Part shown: positions 1 to 12,529 of the stretch, one piece after another
Position numbering within the stretch: the stretch's first letter is position 1
Layout of the letters: the number at the start of each line of letters is the position of its first letter
Assembly (NCBI GenBank): GCA_013265495.1
Contig: MU058289.1
Location: forward strand, 2,043,451-2,107,450
DNA length: 64,000 bases
Direction of reading: 5' to 3'
Source: Vicugna vicugna
Lineage: Eukaryota
Program-made: the position numbers and the translations under genes
The notes under the pieces: model-generated
Seen by the model: only the letters and a program-made list of their open reading frames with translations
What the model was told of the DNA's origin: nothing
The model's database searches: none

Positions 1-225
1 CAGCAGGGTCTGCTGCAATGTCATAGTCAGCACAAGACACTCTACACAAATGACTGTTTACATGGCTCTTCTCCTCTGGTTCGACTGTGCTAAAGAAGCA
101 TCACTCAGTGATGTTAAAGTGCCAATGTTAAAAGTTCTCCCTGTGCTATTTTTGAGAAGATGGCAGCAGTCCTAGTAGTATATTTTTGAATATCCTTGAA
201 TCTTCTAATGAAAACAGACAGACCA

Positions 226-316
226 GGGAGGGAAGTAGCTCAGTGGTAGAGCACATGGTTAGCATGCATGAGGCCCTGGGTTCCATCCCCAGTACCTCCA
301 TTAAAAAATGAAAAAC
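226..316 (+). mobile_element. tRNA-Ala-derived SINE (camelid Vic-1 type), short form
   Basis: A box TAGCTCAGTGGTAGAGC, B box GGGTTCCATCCC, ends ACCTCCA then an A-rich tail. Imperfect TSD AAACAG(A/G)CAGAC at 212-223 and 317-328. Confidence 0.9.
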
Positions 317-1525
317 AAACAGGCAGACGAACCAGATAGGCAGACCAAAAACCTGTGGGAAACGTTCTCAATAAAACTAGTGGGCAATGTATTCCTCCAA
401 ACATCAAAATACTAGCAAGGGGGAAAAAAAAACAGGGTGTTTGTCATGCCTGAGAGCAGGAACACCCTCAAAACAGCCAGCAGGTATTCTCTGGGAAGCA
501 CAGAGATCCCCTTTTAGAGCAGTGGCTGGAGCTGGGAGGCACTTGCCCCCTCCAACAGCATGTAAGTGCAAAGGGCATCAGGTAAGATGATTTAAAGGGG
601 ATGGAGCAGCCCAGGTCCTGCGAATTTCCTGAAACTGACCAGCCAGGTCTCCCTTCCAGGACAGGGCTCCCACACAGAGGAGACACTGCTGAATGAGGAA
701 TCAGAATTGAACAGATCAGGGACAAAAGAGTGGAAGGAAACAGAAGATCCAGATACAAGTGGAGACATGTTTGTAAGAGCCAGAATCTTGGAAATCAAAC
801 TGCCAGATCTTTTAATCGCATGAAATGAAACAGGGAGCTTTGTGAAGTTAGAAAAGCTATCTTGAACTAAGCCGCCTTCTAAAAGTTCAGAAAAATTAAT
901 CTCATCTTTACAGAAATGAGCGGAAGAAAAGGATCAAGGTCATATCCCACACAAAATAAGAAAAAGGAGAAAAAGGAGTAGAATACCATCTCTACAGATA
1001 ATAAAAAGCGTTCAGAAAGACATGCCTACAAAACAAATAAAAAGCAATAAGCTACTATTCCCCCCTCCAAAAGCTATAAGAAATTAAGGGAGCAGTATAA
1101 CAAACAACACAAATCAGAAATTAAAAAAACTCGGAAATGAAATGACAGACTCAGGGAGGCATTCGGCTTAAAAGAAAAAAAAAATTCAGAAATTAAGACT
1201 AAATCATAAAGAATCCAGGACTGAATAAACATTACAGATAATGCCTTCGAAGAAATAGGAGATGGGAAAAATGGAAAATATTAAAAAGCACAAAGAAATG
1301 ATCATGATACAAAAGATTCAAGAGAGAGTGACAAATGTTGAAGCCACGTAAAGATGACTCGACATACAGAGAATAGGACTCCCTGAAGAACAAAAACAAA
1401 AGTAGGGATCAGAACAAATATTAGAAGCTATAATTCAAGAAAACCTTTCAGAAATAAGAAAGGGTTGAAACTACAATTGAACAGTCACACCACATTCCTG
1501 AGAATATGGACCCAGAATGGCCAAC

Positions 1526-1530
1526 ATATA

Positions 1531-1571
<41 letters not shown>

Positions 1572-1632
1572 TATGTATATAAATATATAAAATATATATA
1601 AATAAGTTTATATATATACTTATTTATATAAT
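1526..1632. repeat. (TA)n-rich microsatellite / low complexity
   Basis: Directly visible TA dinucleotide runs. Confidence 0.95.
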
Positions 1633-1851
1633 TTTAGTAAAATAATGAAACTTTAAAGAAAAATAAAATTCCTTTGAGTAAGCAAAAATAGCATATGATT
1701 TGTAAGGGACAGAAAACTGGACTATCGTCCACTTTTTTACTGTAACACTTGTGCCACAAGAAAATTAAGTAAGTACTGTACTGAAGATACTCAAGAAAAC
1801 TTCATACTGACCAAGAATCTGGAGAATTGACTTTTACATATAAAGGGAACA

Positions 1852-1988
1852 GGGGGAGGGCATAGCTCAGCGGTAGAGTGTGTGCTTCGCATGCACAAGA
1901 TCCTGGGTTCAATCCTCACTACCTCCATTAAAATAAATAAATAAACCTGATTACTTCCCAATCTAAAAAAAAATATTGAAAAAAAAAG
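1852..1988 (+). mobile_element. tRNA-Ala-derived SINE (Vic-1 type), long form
   Basis: GGGGAGGGCATAGCTCAGCGGTAGAG...GGGTTCAATCC...ACCTCCA, then a (TAAA)n-CCTGATTAC extension and A tail. TSD TATAAAGGGAACA (1839-1851) vs TATAAAGGATACA (1989-2001). Confidence 0.9.
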
Positions 1989-2562
1989 TATAAAGGATAC
2001 AAACTGTTACCACTACCCCAAAATTCAGGAAATATTGAGCCCTTCCTGCAGAATCTACCAGTAACTGAGCTTCAGTGAGCCAAAGTGACTACAGAAATGT
2101 TAGCATAAGGAAGTGAAATGAACACCAAATATTTGGTTGTTTATGGAATTAAGAATAAATGAGGATTAAAAAGGAAAGAGTGTAGTATATAATGGCTGTA
2201 CGCTCTGAAAGTATAGATAGAGTACAGCTATTTATAAATGGAAAGAATAAGAGAATGAAGAAAGCACACAGAAAATTTTTAAATTATTTTTCTTTTTAAA
2301 AAATTATTTTCAATAATGATGTTGATCGAAGTAGTGTTAGTGCTTTAGATGTTTGTGTGTATAGCATGGAATAAAGTAAATAAGTAATTGTTGGGTATTC
2401 TAATTCTGTCATCTCCTGTGCTCTTGAGAACTACAATTCTTTGGTAAGAAAAGGAATTTAGTATAAGAAAGAAGACTTTAAGTAAACACTCGATAATTCT
2501 TGAATTGGAAGAACTGGTATACACTTGTGAGGCATTTTATCATTTTTAAAGTAATATAATTA

Positions 2563-3140
2563 GTTTTTAAGAGTTAAGTTCACAGCGTATTTGAGTGGAA
2601 AGTACAGAGAGTTCCCCAGTACCCCCTTCCCCCACCCAACAATCTCCTGTACCATCAGTGTCAGTGGGGACTTTTATAACAATCCACCTACCAATGTTGA
2701 CCAACATCAACCAAAGTCCACTGTTTACATTTGGGTTCAGTCTTGTGCTGTGCACGCTACAGATTCTGACAAATGTATAATGTTATGAATCCACCATTAT
2801 AGTATCACGAAGGATATTATTACTGTCCTAAAAATCCCTTGTGTTCCTCCTATTCATCCCTCCCCCTCCCGCCTCTTGCTCTGAACCCCTCGCAACCACT
2901 GATCTTTTCTACTGTCTCCGTAGTTTTGCCTTTTCCAGAACTTCATATAGTCAGAACCATACAGATGCAGCCTTTTCAAATTAGCTTCCTTCGCTTAGCA
3001 ATATGTGTTTATGTTTTTTCCATATATCTTTATGGTATTCTTTTTATTTCTTTGTACATTTTGGATAACAGTCCTTTATCAGAGGTGTATTTTACAATGT
3101 TTTCTCCCAGTTTATGGTTTGTCTTCTCATTTTCTTGACT
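2563..3140 (-). mobile_element. L1MC-like 3' end (L1MC1/2-like) with a short ORF2 fragment
   Basis: Matches recalled antisense L1MC 3' UTR (AAAGTACAGAGAGTTCCC...CAAAGTCCA...GACAAATGTATAATG...GCAACCACTGATCTTTT...GTAGTTTTGCCTTTTCCAGAA). Confidence 0.75.
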
Positions 3141-3199
3141 TTTTTTTAAAAAAGATAGGTAGGTAGACAGATAGGTAGATAGAGTCCCCTATCTACAGA

Positions 3200-4255
3200 G
3201 AGCAAGGAGGCTAGGTAGCTAGCAGATAGTAAGGAGGCTGTCAGAGACTAAAAGATCATGCCAAAAGGACACGGAAACCATCTGTAAGAGGCTCCCAGTG
3301 GCCGAATATGGAACCATTTGAGCTTTAATAAAGATTATAATTGTAGTGAATTAAAACCATCAAGTGTATTTAAACCTTTAATTCATAAGGCTGTTTAAAG
3401 CATAGTCACCTTCAGAGGAGAAAGAACAAATGTATTCTCTCAGAAACTGGTAAATAAAGGGAAAGAATCAAACATTTATCCTTCCTTTAATATGTGAACT
3501 GTGCCACTGGGTAGTCAGACAGTTGATGAGTGGAAGCATCTCTTTCTAGGGGTACTCAGGTTAATATATGAAAGAGAAATGATAGAATTATCACCATTTT
3601 AAACCCCAGTGAATGAACAGAGCTAGATATTGTGCAGCAACAGCTGTTAACTTCACAAAAGGCAAGGCAAACAGACATTATGTGTCTGCTGATGAAAGAA
3701 TACACCGCCACCTATGGTCTTGCCAAAACGACTGAACTGGAGTCTGATCCAACCCCTGGATTCAGCTGCCAGTTTGCAGGAAATACAGAGGAACACCTTG
3801 AACTCCACCAAGAGTATCAATCAGCAGATTCCAGACAGTGGAAAAGCGAGGGGCAAAAGGCTCAGATTCTTCAACAGATAAATTGTAAAAAAAATTGTAA
3901 AAAAAATAGGAAGGGATGGAGGGGGAAAACCTGTAGATTACAAAGGACTCAAAAGATAGATCGGATTTTGAAAAATGGCAAGACTACAACACACGTCTAG
4001 GAAGGCAGTCAGGTGATGAAACCGTAAAGGAAGACAGAGACCAGATTTCTACTGGGGTCCAGAGAGCGGTCGCTTCTGCAGGGAGGAAGGCAGCTGAGAT
4101 CGAAAGGAGACATGTGAGGACCTTGTAGCGATGCTGGAGAAGTTCTGTTCCTTGATCTGGGTGGTGGTTTTTATGATAACTCCTTAAGCTATAAATTGGT
4201 TGGGCTGATTTTTTTTCTGTCTGTTTTATTTTACAATGAAAATACTTCTTTAAAA
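3200..4255 (+). mobile_element. Ancient L1 3' UTR (L1MC4/L1MC5/L1ME-like)
   Basis: Diagnostic stretches GAGGCTCCCAGTGGCC, AAACAGACATTATGTG, CAATCAGCAGATTCCAGA, TCTGTTCCTTGATCTGGGTGGTGGTT. Confidence 0.65.
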
Positions 4256-4404
4256 ACTTCTCCCAATCCCCAGTTTCAACCTCATTCTCCACATGCCCAG
4301 AGGCAATGGCTGTGGCTGTGACTGATTTCCCAATATGATGCCTTAGGGCTCTATCTTGCTCCAGAGTAAGGACGCTGAATGTCTAATTAGAGAGACCCAC
4401 GGAC

Positions 4405-4515
4405 CTACCAGGATATACACTCCAGAAGGCCAGAGACCATGCCTGCCAGATTCACAGCTGCATGCCCAGCTGCACCTGGCACGTAGTAGGTGCTCAATAA
4501 ATATTGAATGGTTGT
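4405..4515 (+). mobile_element. L2 3' end fragment
   Basis: CCTGGCACGTAGTAGGTGCTCAATAAATATTGAATG is the L2 terminal signature. Confidence 0.75.
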
Positions 4516-7086
4516 ATGACACAAGCTGGACTCAGAGGTTTCACTCAGTTGGGGTGAAATGTATAGTATAATCAGTCACATAAAAGATACTGTGACCCCC
4601 ACCATGAAAAGGCCTGGCCCCTCCCTGTTTCTGGATTAGTCATATCTGTATCTCTGAAGTCACTTCCTAGCCCACCTTTGCACACCACCTCTCCCACTGC
4701 TTGGATGAGGTGAACCTCCTTGGTGAACCACAGCTATCAAGGATGCCTTGCTGTTCCTAGAGGAAGAGGGGGCCAGGCTGGGCCAGGTGTGCAGCTGGAT
4801 CATCTTTCGCCTTCATTCTGAACCAGAATTTGGTGATGCTTCAGAGACTTTGCCCAGGTCTCCATGTCCCCCTGTGTGGAGAAGAATTCACCATGGTGAC
4901 TGCTCAGGAGAAGCAGGGATATCTGTGTGTTCTGGGGCTCAAGAGGGTTCCTCCTGAAAACATGAGGGAAAGACAACATGGGCTGACACTGGTGGTGCCA
5001 TTTCTGCTTCCCGTCCCTGCCCCGAGAGGTCCCCAAGAATGTGGCGATTCCAGGTGCACCCACATACAAACAAGGTACCATTGGCATCCCTGGAGACCCA
5101 AATTCAGAGCAAGTTTGGAAGGTAGCATTGTTGCTGAATAATTCTCAGCAATTCTCAGCAACAAAATTGCTGGAATTAACTGCTTCCCATAGCCCCCTTT
5201 ATCCTGGTTTATGCCCACTTACCATCTGGGACAGCAGAGGCCAAAGGGTTAGTCATTATCCCAACTGGAGAGGATTAAGGGCTCTTGAGGGTGATGCCTC
5301 TGTTTCCATTTAACAAACGTTTACTGAGCCCGTCCTGGGCAGGGATGGTCTCACTCACCATGGTACCTTCCAACCTCAACTTTGGCAAAGAGGAGCAGGT
5401 GCTTCAAGGGACAGGAGGCAGTTTCCACTCACCTGGCATTTGTTTGCAGTTCTCTTCCCAGACCACGGATGCCACATGCCCCTCCGTGCACAGTTTCACC
5501 TCCCTTTCCAAGAGATAAATTATAGAAATCCCAGGGTCTCCGATTCCCTACAGTCAGATCTCTGGGCCTCCTGTTCCAGAGAGTCACTTGCTGTGACTCA
5601 TCCAAATGTACGGAGTTGATTCCTTCAGTGTCATCATCCTAGTAAATGTCAGGCACAAAGTGAGCGAGACAAGCCTGGACCTCCCTTCACAGAGCTTATC
5701 CCCTGACCAGCGGACATAGAACGTCTGCGCATCACAATTTCCAGAAGTGGATAGAGGTTCCCTTGCTTAATAAAAAAGAGGAAAAAAATGGATTGAATCA
5801 TATATCTCCCAGGTACTCAGGTAACCAACCCTCTTTTCCACCAGTTAAGTACAGTAAACCTATTTTAAGAGCATCTCTCAGGAAGCATAAACTTTATTTC
5901 ACTGCATCATGTAATCCCTTGTAATAGAAAACCAGTAATGAGGATGCCAGCAGCAGGTGCAAAAGGCAGTTTTACATCAATAGAAAATTCAATTCTAATT
6001 AATCTCTTCACAGCCAACATAATTGAGTCTTCATGGGGACCACTGGCCTCACCAGCTCCCCCACCTCACTCTTTCCTTTGACGGGCCTGTCTTGCCCACT
6101 GCTGTGATGGAATGTGTCTGGAAACAAAGGGAAAAACAGTGCTGATACCATCTCGGGCAAGCTGGGTTTGCAGCCGAGTCTCTTTATTTCCATCACCGAG
6201 TTATTACTGACATCCAAGGCACTGAGCGCAGTCTCAGAGGCCTTCCCTGGGTATGTAAATAGCATCCCGCTTTGTTATTTATTTCTTAGCTCTCTTCCTT
6301 GCTCCCCTGCCCCCAGGGTTGTTTTCTGGTTCTTTTTTTTTTTTCTTTCCAAAGACATCATAAGGGTCACATCTCTCTTTGCCATCACAGTGCTCTCCAC
6401 TTTTGCAGCCTAAGAAAGAATTATGAGCCGGGTGAGTGCCCATGTCCTATGCGGGGGTGTATGTCTTGTCGGCCTCCCCATCCTCCCAGGTTGAGGCCGT
6501 AATTCATGCATGGGTGACAGCCAGTTTAAAAGCCATCACTATGAAGCCAGAAGAAAATGCACAGGATTCATAAACTCCCAGTATTGCCTCATCTGATCTA
6601 TTTCCTTCATTGCTTTCTTCTGATGTTGAACTGTGATCATCCCTAGAATGGAGCAAAGTTGCGTCAGTCTAATGTTTCAGACCAGCTACGTTAATTAAAA
6701 TGCTCCCCCTATGCTGATTTCCAATAGGTTCTCCTCCCAGCAAATGTAAGTGCACAAAAATAAAGCCAAAACCAAACTTGGATTGGTTCTTCACGCCCAC
6801 TGTGAGCGACAAGCCAAGCAGAGATGGGGTGGGGGCACTGTCTGTGAGCCAAGGGCTGGCACAGAAAAAGAACGCTGCAACTTCAGAGCCCCTCCCTGAA
6901 GCGGAGCTCATGATCCCTGTGATCAGAACGAGCACCTTGCCAGGGTGAGTGGTCTCCCACCTTATTCAGAGTCTGGGGTCTGCTTTGGATGCCTCTAAAA
7001 AAAAGCCTGCACCTTTTATTGCCAGAAATAGATTTGAGTTTCTGCCCTTCCCAGGTAAATCCATGAGCACTGCCAGATGAGGATGT

Positions 7087-7175
7087 GAGCCTCAGCAAGT
7101 GTGGGTGGAGCATCAGCAGGTGTGGGTGGAGCCTCAGCAGGTATGGGTGGAGCCTCAGCACTTGTGGGTGGAGCA
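7087..7175. repeat. 21-bp minisatellite, about 4.2 copies
   Basis: Units GAGCCTCAGCAAGTGTGGGTG, GAGCATCAGCAGGTGTGGGTG, GAGCCTCAGCAGGTATGGGTG, GAGCCTCAGCACTTGTGGGTG start at 7087, 7108, 7129 and 7150. Confidence 0.95.
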
Positions 7176-7546
7176 GTCCTGCTCATCCAGCAGCCCACCA
7201 CCTGCATCATCACCAGATACCTATTTGCCAACTATCAACTCAAAGTTCCCAACTAGGAGTCCAGGGCTGGGCTTGGGCAGAAAATCAGGGTCCATCTCCT
7301 GTTCACCATCATTCTTGGACCTTGTTGTCTCAGAAGCTGGGAACACTTGCTCTGCTCTAATGCTTATGTGAGCAAAGATGACTAGGGGCGCAGAAAGCTA
7401 AGCTGAACCAGAGAGAAGCTTGGGAGTGGGGTCCAAATAGACTCCTTACCAGCGGGGCGCTAGCTTCTTAGTGGAGTTTGGGGTGAGAGGAGCAAAGGAG
7501 TCTGTGCCAGGACTTGTCCTCCCCCATGTTAATTTTCCTCTAGGAC

Positions 7547-7640
7547 TTTTTTTTTTTTTTGATCAGAGAAAGTTTATTGCTGGGCTGAGCAAGGAGAACG
7601 AGCTGCTCATGCCCCTCAAAACCCCCAACTCCCCTTCAAG
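7547..7640 (-). mobile_element. Short ERV LTR-like fragment next to a T run
   Basis: GAGAAAGTTTATTGCTGGGCTGAGCAAGGAGAAC...GCTCATG...AACTCCCC resembles the antisense poly(A)-signal region of artiodactyl ERV1 LTRs. Confidence 0.4.
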
Positions 7641-8281
7641 GACTTTGAAGTGTCCCTGTTTCCCCAGTCAAACGCCCATTTTCAAACACACAGCCCACTT
7701 CCCAGTCTCCTCACAGGGCTGCCCTCCACCCATTTCTCTGCCCTTCTGGGCTTTCCCTCCTCCCTTGCCTGCTTGGTGCCCGCCTGCTCCTTGTTGCCCC
7801 GGCTGCTGTGGTGCTGGTGCTGAGCCGCCTTCTCTCCAGTCTCCAGGTCTGGGCTCATCCTCTGGCTGCCTTCTGCCCTTCTGCTGCTGTGATGGCTGGA
7901 TAGGGAGGGGAAGGAAGGAGCCTGAATGGCTGCCCTGGGGACCCTGGGGGGAGTGGGGAGGTGTTGGCACCACAGTGAGTCAGTCTCTCCCAGACCTGCT
8001 TCTATTCTCACACCACACCCTTGAGGTCCAGCCATCCCTACTAACTTAGAGATGCCCACTGATGTTCCAGACTGTTATGGGGCTGAACTAGCCAAGGTCA
8101 GATAATCGAAGAGGCAGGTGGGGAAGCCTTGACCACAGCAGGAGAAAGTTACCACCGCTTTCTGTTGTCTCAGACGTTACACTGAAGGCTGGGGCCATAG
8201 TACTTGGAGGCCTGAAATCTTGAGTTTTTATGGATTACTATTTGCGTTATTATGCATTCAACAGCCACTAACAAAAAACAA

Positions 8282-8302
8282 ACACACACACACACACACA
8301 CA
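8282..8302. repeat. (CA)n microsatellite
   Basis: Directly visible. Confidence 0.95.
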
Positions 8303-8899
8303 AATCCCACAAAACCCCGTCCCCACTGGGTAGTACAACTGAGCATGTAGACATTCTTCTGGAGGGCGAGATAGGGAGGGCAGAGGCTGCCCCTGGGGCA
8401 GGCTATCAGCTTGATCCTGCCACACTTGACCCTCTGGAGGAGGAAACACGAACCTCCCCAATGCTGCATGAGACCCTCGGGTTTTAGGACCTAACCCTAA
8501 TCTCAACAGAAGACCTGGTGTTGCTTACCACAGGGGGCACCAGCAGACAATACATAGCTCCTGTCCTCACCATCAACCCGTTGATGATTGGTGAGGACTT
8601 AACTAATCACCCTATCTGGGTCTCACCTCCCTGTGGTCTACCCTCCATCATGATCTGACCCATACTTCTAAAATACAACCTGGTCACACCAGTCCGATGT
8701 CCACCACTTGCGACGTCAAACCCATAATCCCCACCCTGGGAATTTAAGACCAGCTTCTCCTTTCTTTGCCCCATTCTCTAGACACATTCCTGCTTTCTTC
8801 GTGCCTATTCCCGTTCATGCTGTTCTGCTGAAATATCTCCCATGCCACCCACTGCCTCTCCTCAGTACCATCTTGCACCTGCTACTGCCTCTTATCCAA

Positions 8900-9550
8900 T
8901 ACTGTTGTGAGAGTCTTAGCCTGTGCAATAAGTCAAGAAAAAATATATAGGTATATATAATGGTACAAAAAGAGAAAAGAAGGTAATTATTTGAAGATTT
9001 TGTGCTTTTCCAAAAAAAAAAGAAAGAAAAACTGTAGCAACAAAAAAAGAACTGAGATCCATAGTTTCCCTATATACAAATAGTAACTCGTTAAATATAA
9101 TGAAAAAAATCTCATTTACCATAGCAACAAAATATATAAAATATCCAGGGATAAACCAAAAGAAATATGCAATAACTGTACCAAAAAAATCTATAAAACT
9201 GTACTATGAGATATAAAATAAGAGCTTAATAAATGAAGAGCCATGTTACGGCATAGAAAAACTTGGTAATAAAAATATTTCAATTCTCCCTAAACTAATC
9301 TATAAATGTAACTCCAATAAAAATCCCAGCAGGATTTAGGGAGAAGAACTTGATAAAATTCAATTGGAAGAATTCCAAACAACCAAGATGAACTGAGAAC
9401 TTCTTTAAAAAGAACAAGGAAGGTAGAGTTGGTCTACTGGCTATTGAAATAGAATATAAAAGGATGCTCCTTAATTATAGAAGTAGACAAATAAAACAAC
9501 AGAACAGAAAAGAACACCCAAATGGATTCTGGCTTATGTAGAAATTTGGG
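8900..9550 (+). mobile_element. Highly decayed L1 ORF2 remnant (L1M5/L1ME-like)
   Basis: A-rich, with CATTTACCATAGCAACAAAA, CAATTCTCCCTAAACTAATCTATAAAT and CCAATAAAAATCCCAGCAGG. Confidence 0.7.
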
Positions 9551-9559
9551 GTTACTAAG

Positions 9560-9742
9560 AATAATAATAGTTACTTGCTGAGTACTTCCCAGGCACTGGA
9601 CCCTGTTCTAAGCATATTATGTGTATTAATTCATTTAATCCTGATAACAACCCTGTGAGGTTGGTTACTATTACTATCCCAAGTTACAGATGAGGAAACA
9701 AAAGCACAAAGAGGTTAAATAACTTGCCCAAGGGCACATGCC
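9560..9742 (-). mobile_element. MIR SINE
   Basis: MIR core TCATTTAATCCT...AACCCTGTGAGG...TTACAGATGAGGAAAC...AGAGGTTAAATAACTTGCCCAAGG. Confidence 0.9.
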
Positions 9743-9889
9743 ATTACACGTTAAGAGTGACAGATAAAGTTGGTGTAAGAAGGATAGTCTATAAATACAT
9801 GTCAATAGGATAAAAGGAAGAAAATGGAATTCCATTTCCTACCCCAACCAGGTACAAAATTGAATCCTAGATATGGAATCAAGGGTATT

Positions 9890-10380
9890 GGATGCCCATA
9901 GCAGAACTATTCACAATTGCCAAAAGGTGGAAACAACCCAAACGTCCACCAACTGATGAATAGATAAACAAAATGTGGCATGTCCCTGTCGTGGAATATT
10001 ATTCAGCCATGAAAAAGAATGAAGTACTGACACATGCTATGATGTAGATGAAACTTGAAAACATTATACTGAGTGAGAGAAGCCAGACACAAAAGGCCTA
10101 CATGTTGAATGGGTCCATTTAGCTGAAACATCCAGAATAAATAACTCTATAGAGATAGAAAGCAGTGGTTTCTACCAGGGGGCTGAGAGTAAGTGGGGGA
10201 AATTTGGGAGTGACTGCTCGATGAATGTGCGTTTTCCTTTTAGGATGATGAAAATATCTTGAAACTAGATAGAGATGATGGTTTCCTAACCTTGTGAATG
10301 TACTAAGTGCCATTGAATTGTACACTTTATAATGGTTAATGGTTAATTTATCTTATGTGAAATTTACCTCAAAAAAAAAA
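9890..10380 (+). mobile_element. L1MB-like 3' end with poly(A)
   Basis: ORF2 C-terminal remnant (CCAAAAGGTGGAAACAACCCAAA...GGAATATTATTCAGCCAT) plus a 3' UTR ending GAATTGTACACTTT...TGTGAAATTTACCTC(A)10. Confidence 0.85.
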
Positions 10381-10385
10381 GTATT

Positions 10386-10468
10386 GGGGTGAGGATATAG
10401 CTCAGTGGTAGAGTACATGCTTAGCATGCCTGAGGTCATGAGTTCAATCCCCAGTACCTCCATTAAAA
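10386..10468 (+). mobile_element. tRNA-Ala-derived SINE (Vic-1 type), short form
   Basis: TATAGCTCAGTGGTAGAG...GCTTAGCATGC...GAGTTCAATCCCCAGTACCTCCATTAAAA, directly after an L1 poly(A). Confidence 0.9.
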
Positions 10469-10501
10469 TGTTTCTCCGCAGAAAGAGTGATTTTAACATA
10501 T

Positions 10502-10994
10502 TGTGGTAGGGCATTACTGTAAAGGCCACTGAATCACATCTTCCTAGGGCTATACTCCTTTGCAATGTGATTTTAGTGTTCCTTCCATCAAGAGATGGAA
10601 TCTGTCTTTCTACCTTTTGAAGCTAGGCTGAACTAGTAACTTGCTTTGGCCAATGTAGTTCAGGGAAGTGACACCAGGCCAGGTCTAGATCCTCTGGATC
10701 CAACTGGAGAGATGTTGCAGCTTCCACTTTACCCTCTCAGAGCCCTAAGACCACCATGCCACGAAGGAGGCCAGTTTAGCTTCTTCGAGTAGGAGAGGGC
10801 GTGTATTGGAAGCACCTCAGCCCAAAGCCAGAACCAACAACTGCCAGCTTTAGCCACGTGAGTGATCCCAGGTGAGACCAGCAGAAAAACCACCCAAATG
10901 CCATTCAGAGAATCATAACGAAGAACAGATGGTTAATGTTTTAAGCTACTATGCTTTGGAGTGTAGGGTGGTGAATCAATGGATAACTGATACA
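10502..10994 (+). mobile_element. MaLR solo LTR (MLT1H/G-like)
   Basis: Starts TGTGGTAG, contains CCATCAAGAGATGGA and GACTTGCTTTGGCCAAT-like motifs, ends TGTTTTAAGCTACT...GATAACTGATACA. Confidence 0.8.
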
Positions 10995-11053
10995 TTTGGA
11001 CTGAGGAAGGTTTTTTTTTTTTCTTTCTGCAGTAGTAAAGAAAAAATAGACGG

Positions 11054-12323
11054 TGATGAAGTAAAAATTCACATTTTAAGGCAAGACAAGAACAATTTAA
11101 ACAGAAAACTTTTCCTCTGCCCTTTGGCCTCCTCCCTCCCCTCCAGTGTGAATTGTGCACCTGCTTTATGCGTTAACCAGACCTCCCCAGTGGCAGAAAT
11201 ACCTCCTCAGCCATAAAGATCATTTTTAAAAATTCTGGCACCAGCCATGTAGCTCCTTAGATGATAACATTCTTTTCTCAGTCTTGTAAGGGGTCACGAT
11301 GACCCTGCGCTCATCTTGTATGCACAGACATCTCTGGTGAACTTTATCTACAACGCTAATATATCATTTCCCCTAAAGATAGTGCAGAACAGACTGGTCA
11401 AATGACCCGGGGAGATACTGGGCTGCACCTAAGAAAGTTCTTGGCTTAAATACTTACTTACGACCTCATTCATGTTACTAGCTATATTACTTGTAGTCTG
11501 TCTATGTTACAAGATTATTGTTTCTTGCATTTCCAAATAGTGACTGAGCCTCTGATAAAATTAATGATGATTAGGTGACTTGAAATGATTGATTAAAATA
11601 TAGTTCTATAAGACCAATGACTGTGGTAATCAAAAATTGGTGTAATTCTAGAGACATGGGAGAAGCAAAAAGAGGGGGCCATTTCCTGGACCATGACAAC
11701 TAGTAAGACAGGTGGTCCAGTGGCCTTTGGCTACTGTTAATCACATCAAATGACCTGTCGATGAAATCCTCGCCTGACCTAGGAACGAGCATTTCTAGCG
11801 CCATGGGACAAATTGGTCATGAAATGCCTCCCAAACGTTGGTAGAAATTAAGACCAAAAGGGAAGGGATTGTAAAATAAAGAATGCTGTCCACTGTCCAG
11901 TTCTGTAAGAATCAAGTCATTAACCACTGCAGTCGCTGCCCTACAGTGTACCCTGCAAGGAATTCAGGGTGACAATCAGGATGAGGTGCTTTGGGAAAAC
12001 TGAGAACTGGCCCTCAGATAGTTAGGCATTTTCAGGAGATTTTGTGACCCGAGTTTCTTGCATCTTCCCATACTTAGAAAAGCACTAAACCCATTACCTA
12101 AGATGTCTTCCTCATGGCTTGGGGCAACCTTCTACCAAGGTGTGAACTTGATTGCACGGATCCCTTTGACAAAATCATTTACATACTGGCCTCCCATTTT
12201 ACCTCTTCAGAACAGTTTTCAGATCTCTTTGAGAGAATGTCTCCCAGGTTATAATCCTCAGATTGACTCAAATAGAATTTTTCACTCTTTCTTAGATTGA
12301 CTATTAAATTTTTGGTGACGACA
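11054..12323 (+). mobile_element. Long ERV1-type solo LTR (about 1.27 kb)
   Basis: TG...CA termini (TGATGAAG...GACGACA). Its 3' ~450 bp align by eye to the TSD-flanked LTR at 14282-14782. 5' boundary uncertain; no clean TSD. Confidence 0.7.
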
Positions 12324-12529
12324 AAAGTAGGATAAATTTGGCTAGGTAAAAATGCAAGACTTCCATACAGCAAAACACAAACAAATAGAACATCACTAAC
12401 AACTGGTACTCGTCCCAAGGATAGGTGAAAACTGCCTGGGGAGCTTTTTCAATATGCACATACCAGTCACATCCCAAGGAAATATTTCAGACTCTCCAGG
12501 GTTGAGAGTGAATACGTGTGGCATTACCT

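Larger units (their letters stand above)
150..2560 (+). mobile_element. Ancient L1-related remnant (HAL1/L1ME-like): 5' region plus decayed ORF1, interrupted by two SINEs and a (TA)n tract
   Basis: AAGATGGC (YY1-type motif typical of L1/HAL1 5' ends) near 158-165. A-rich ORF1-like sequence at about 1100-1800 (e.g. ATAGGACTCCCTGAAGAA, TAATTCAAGAAAACCTTTCAGAAATAA). No intact ORF. Boundaries approximate. Confidence 0.6.

Noticed and set aside
226..300. Apparent tRNA-Ala genes (also at 1852, 10386, 54052, 55380)
   Set aside because: Extra 5' leader, A-rich tails, TSDs, mismatched stems and no oligo-T terminator mark them as SINE copies, not tRNA genes.
7087..7175. CRISPR-like or coding repeat
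   Set aside because: Head-to-tail tandem units with no unique spacers in a mammalian context; it is a minisatellite.
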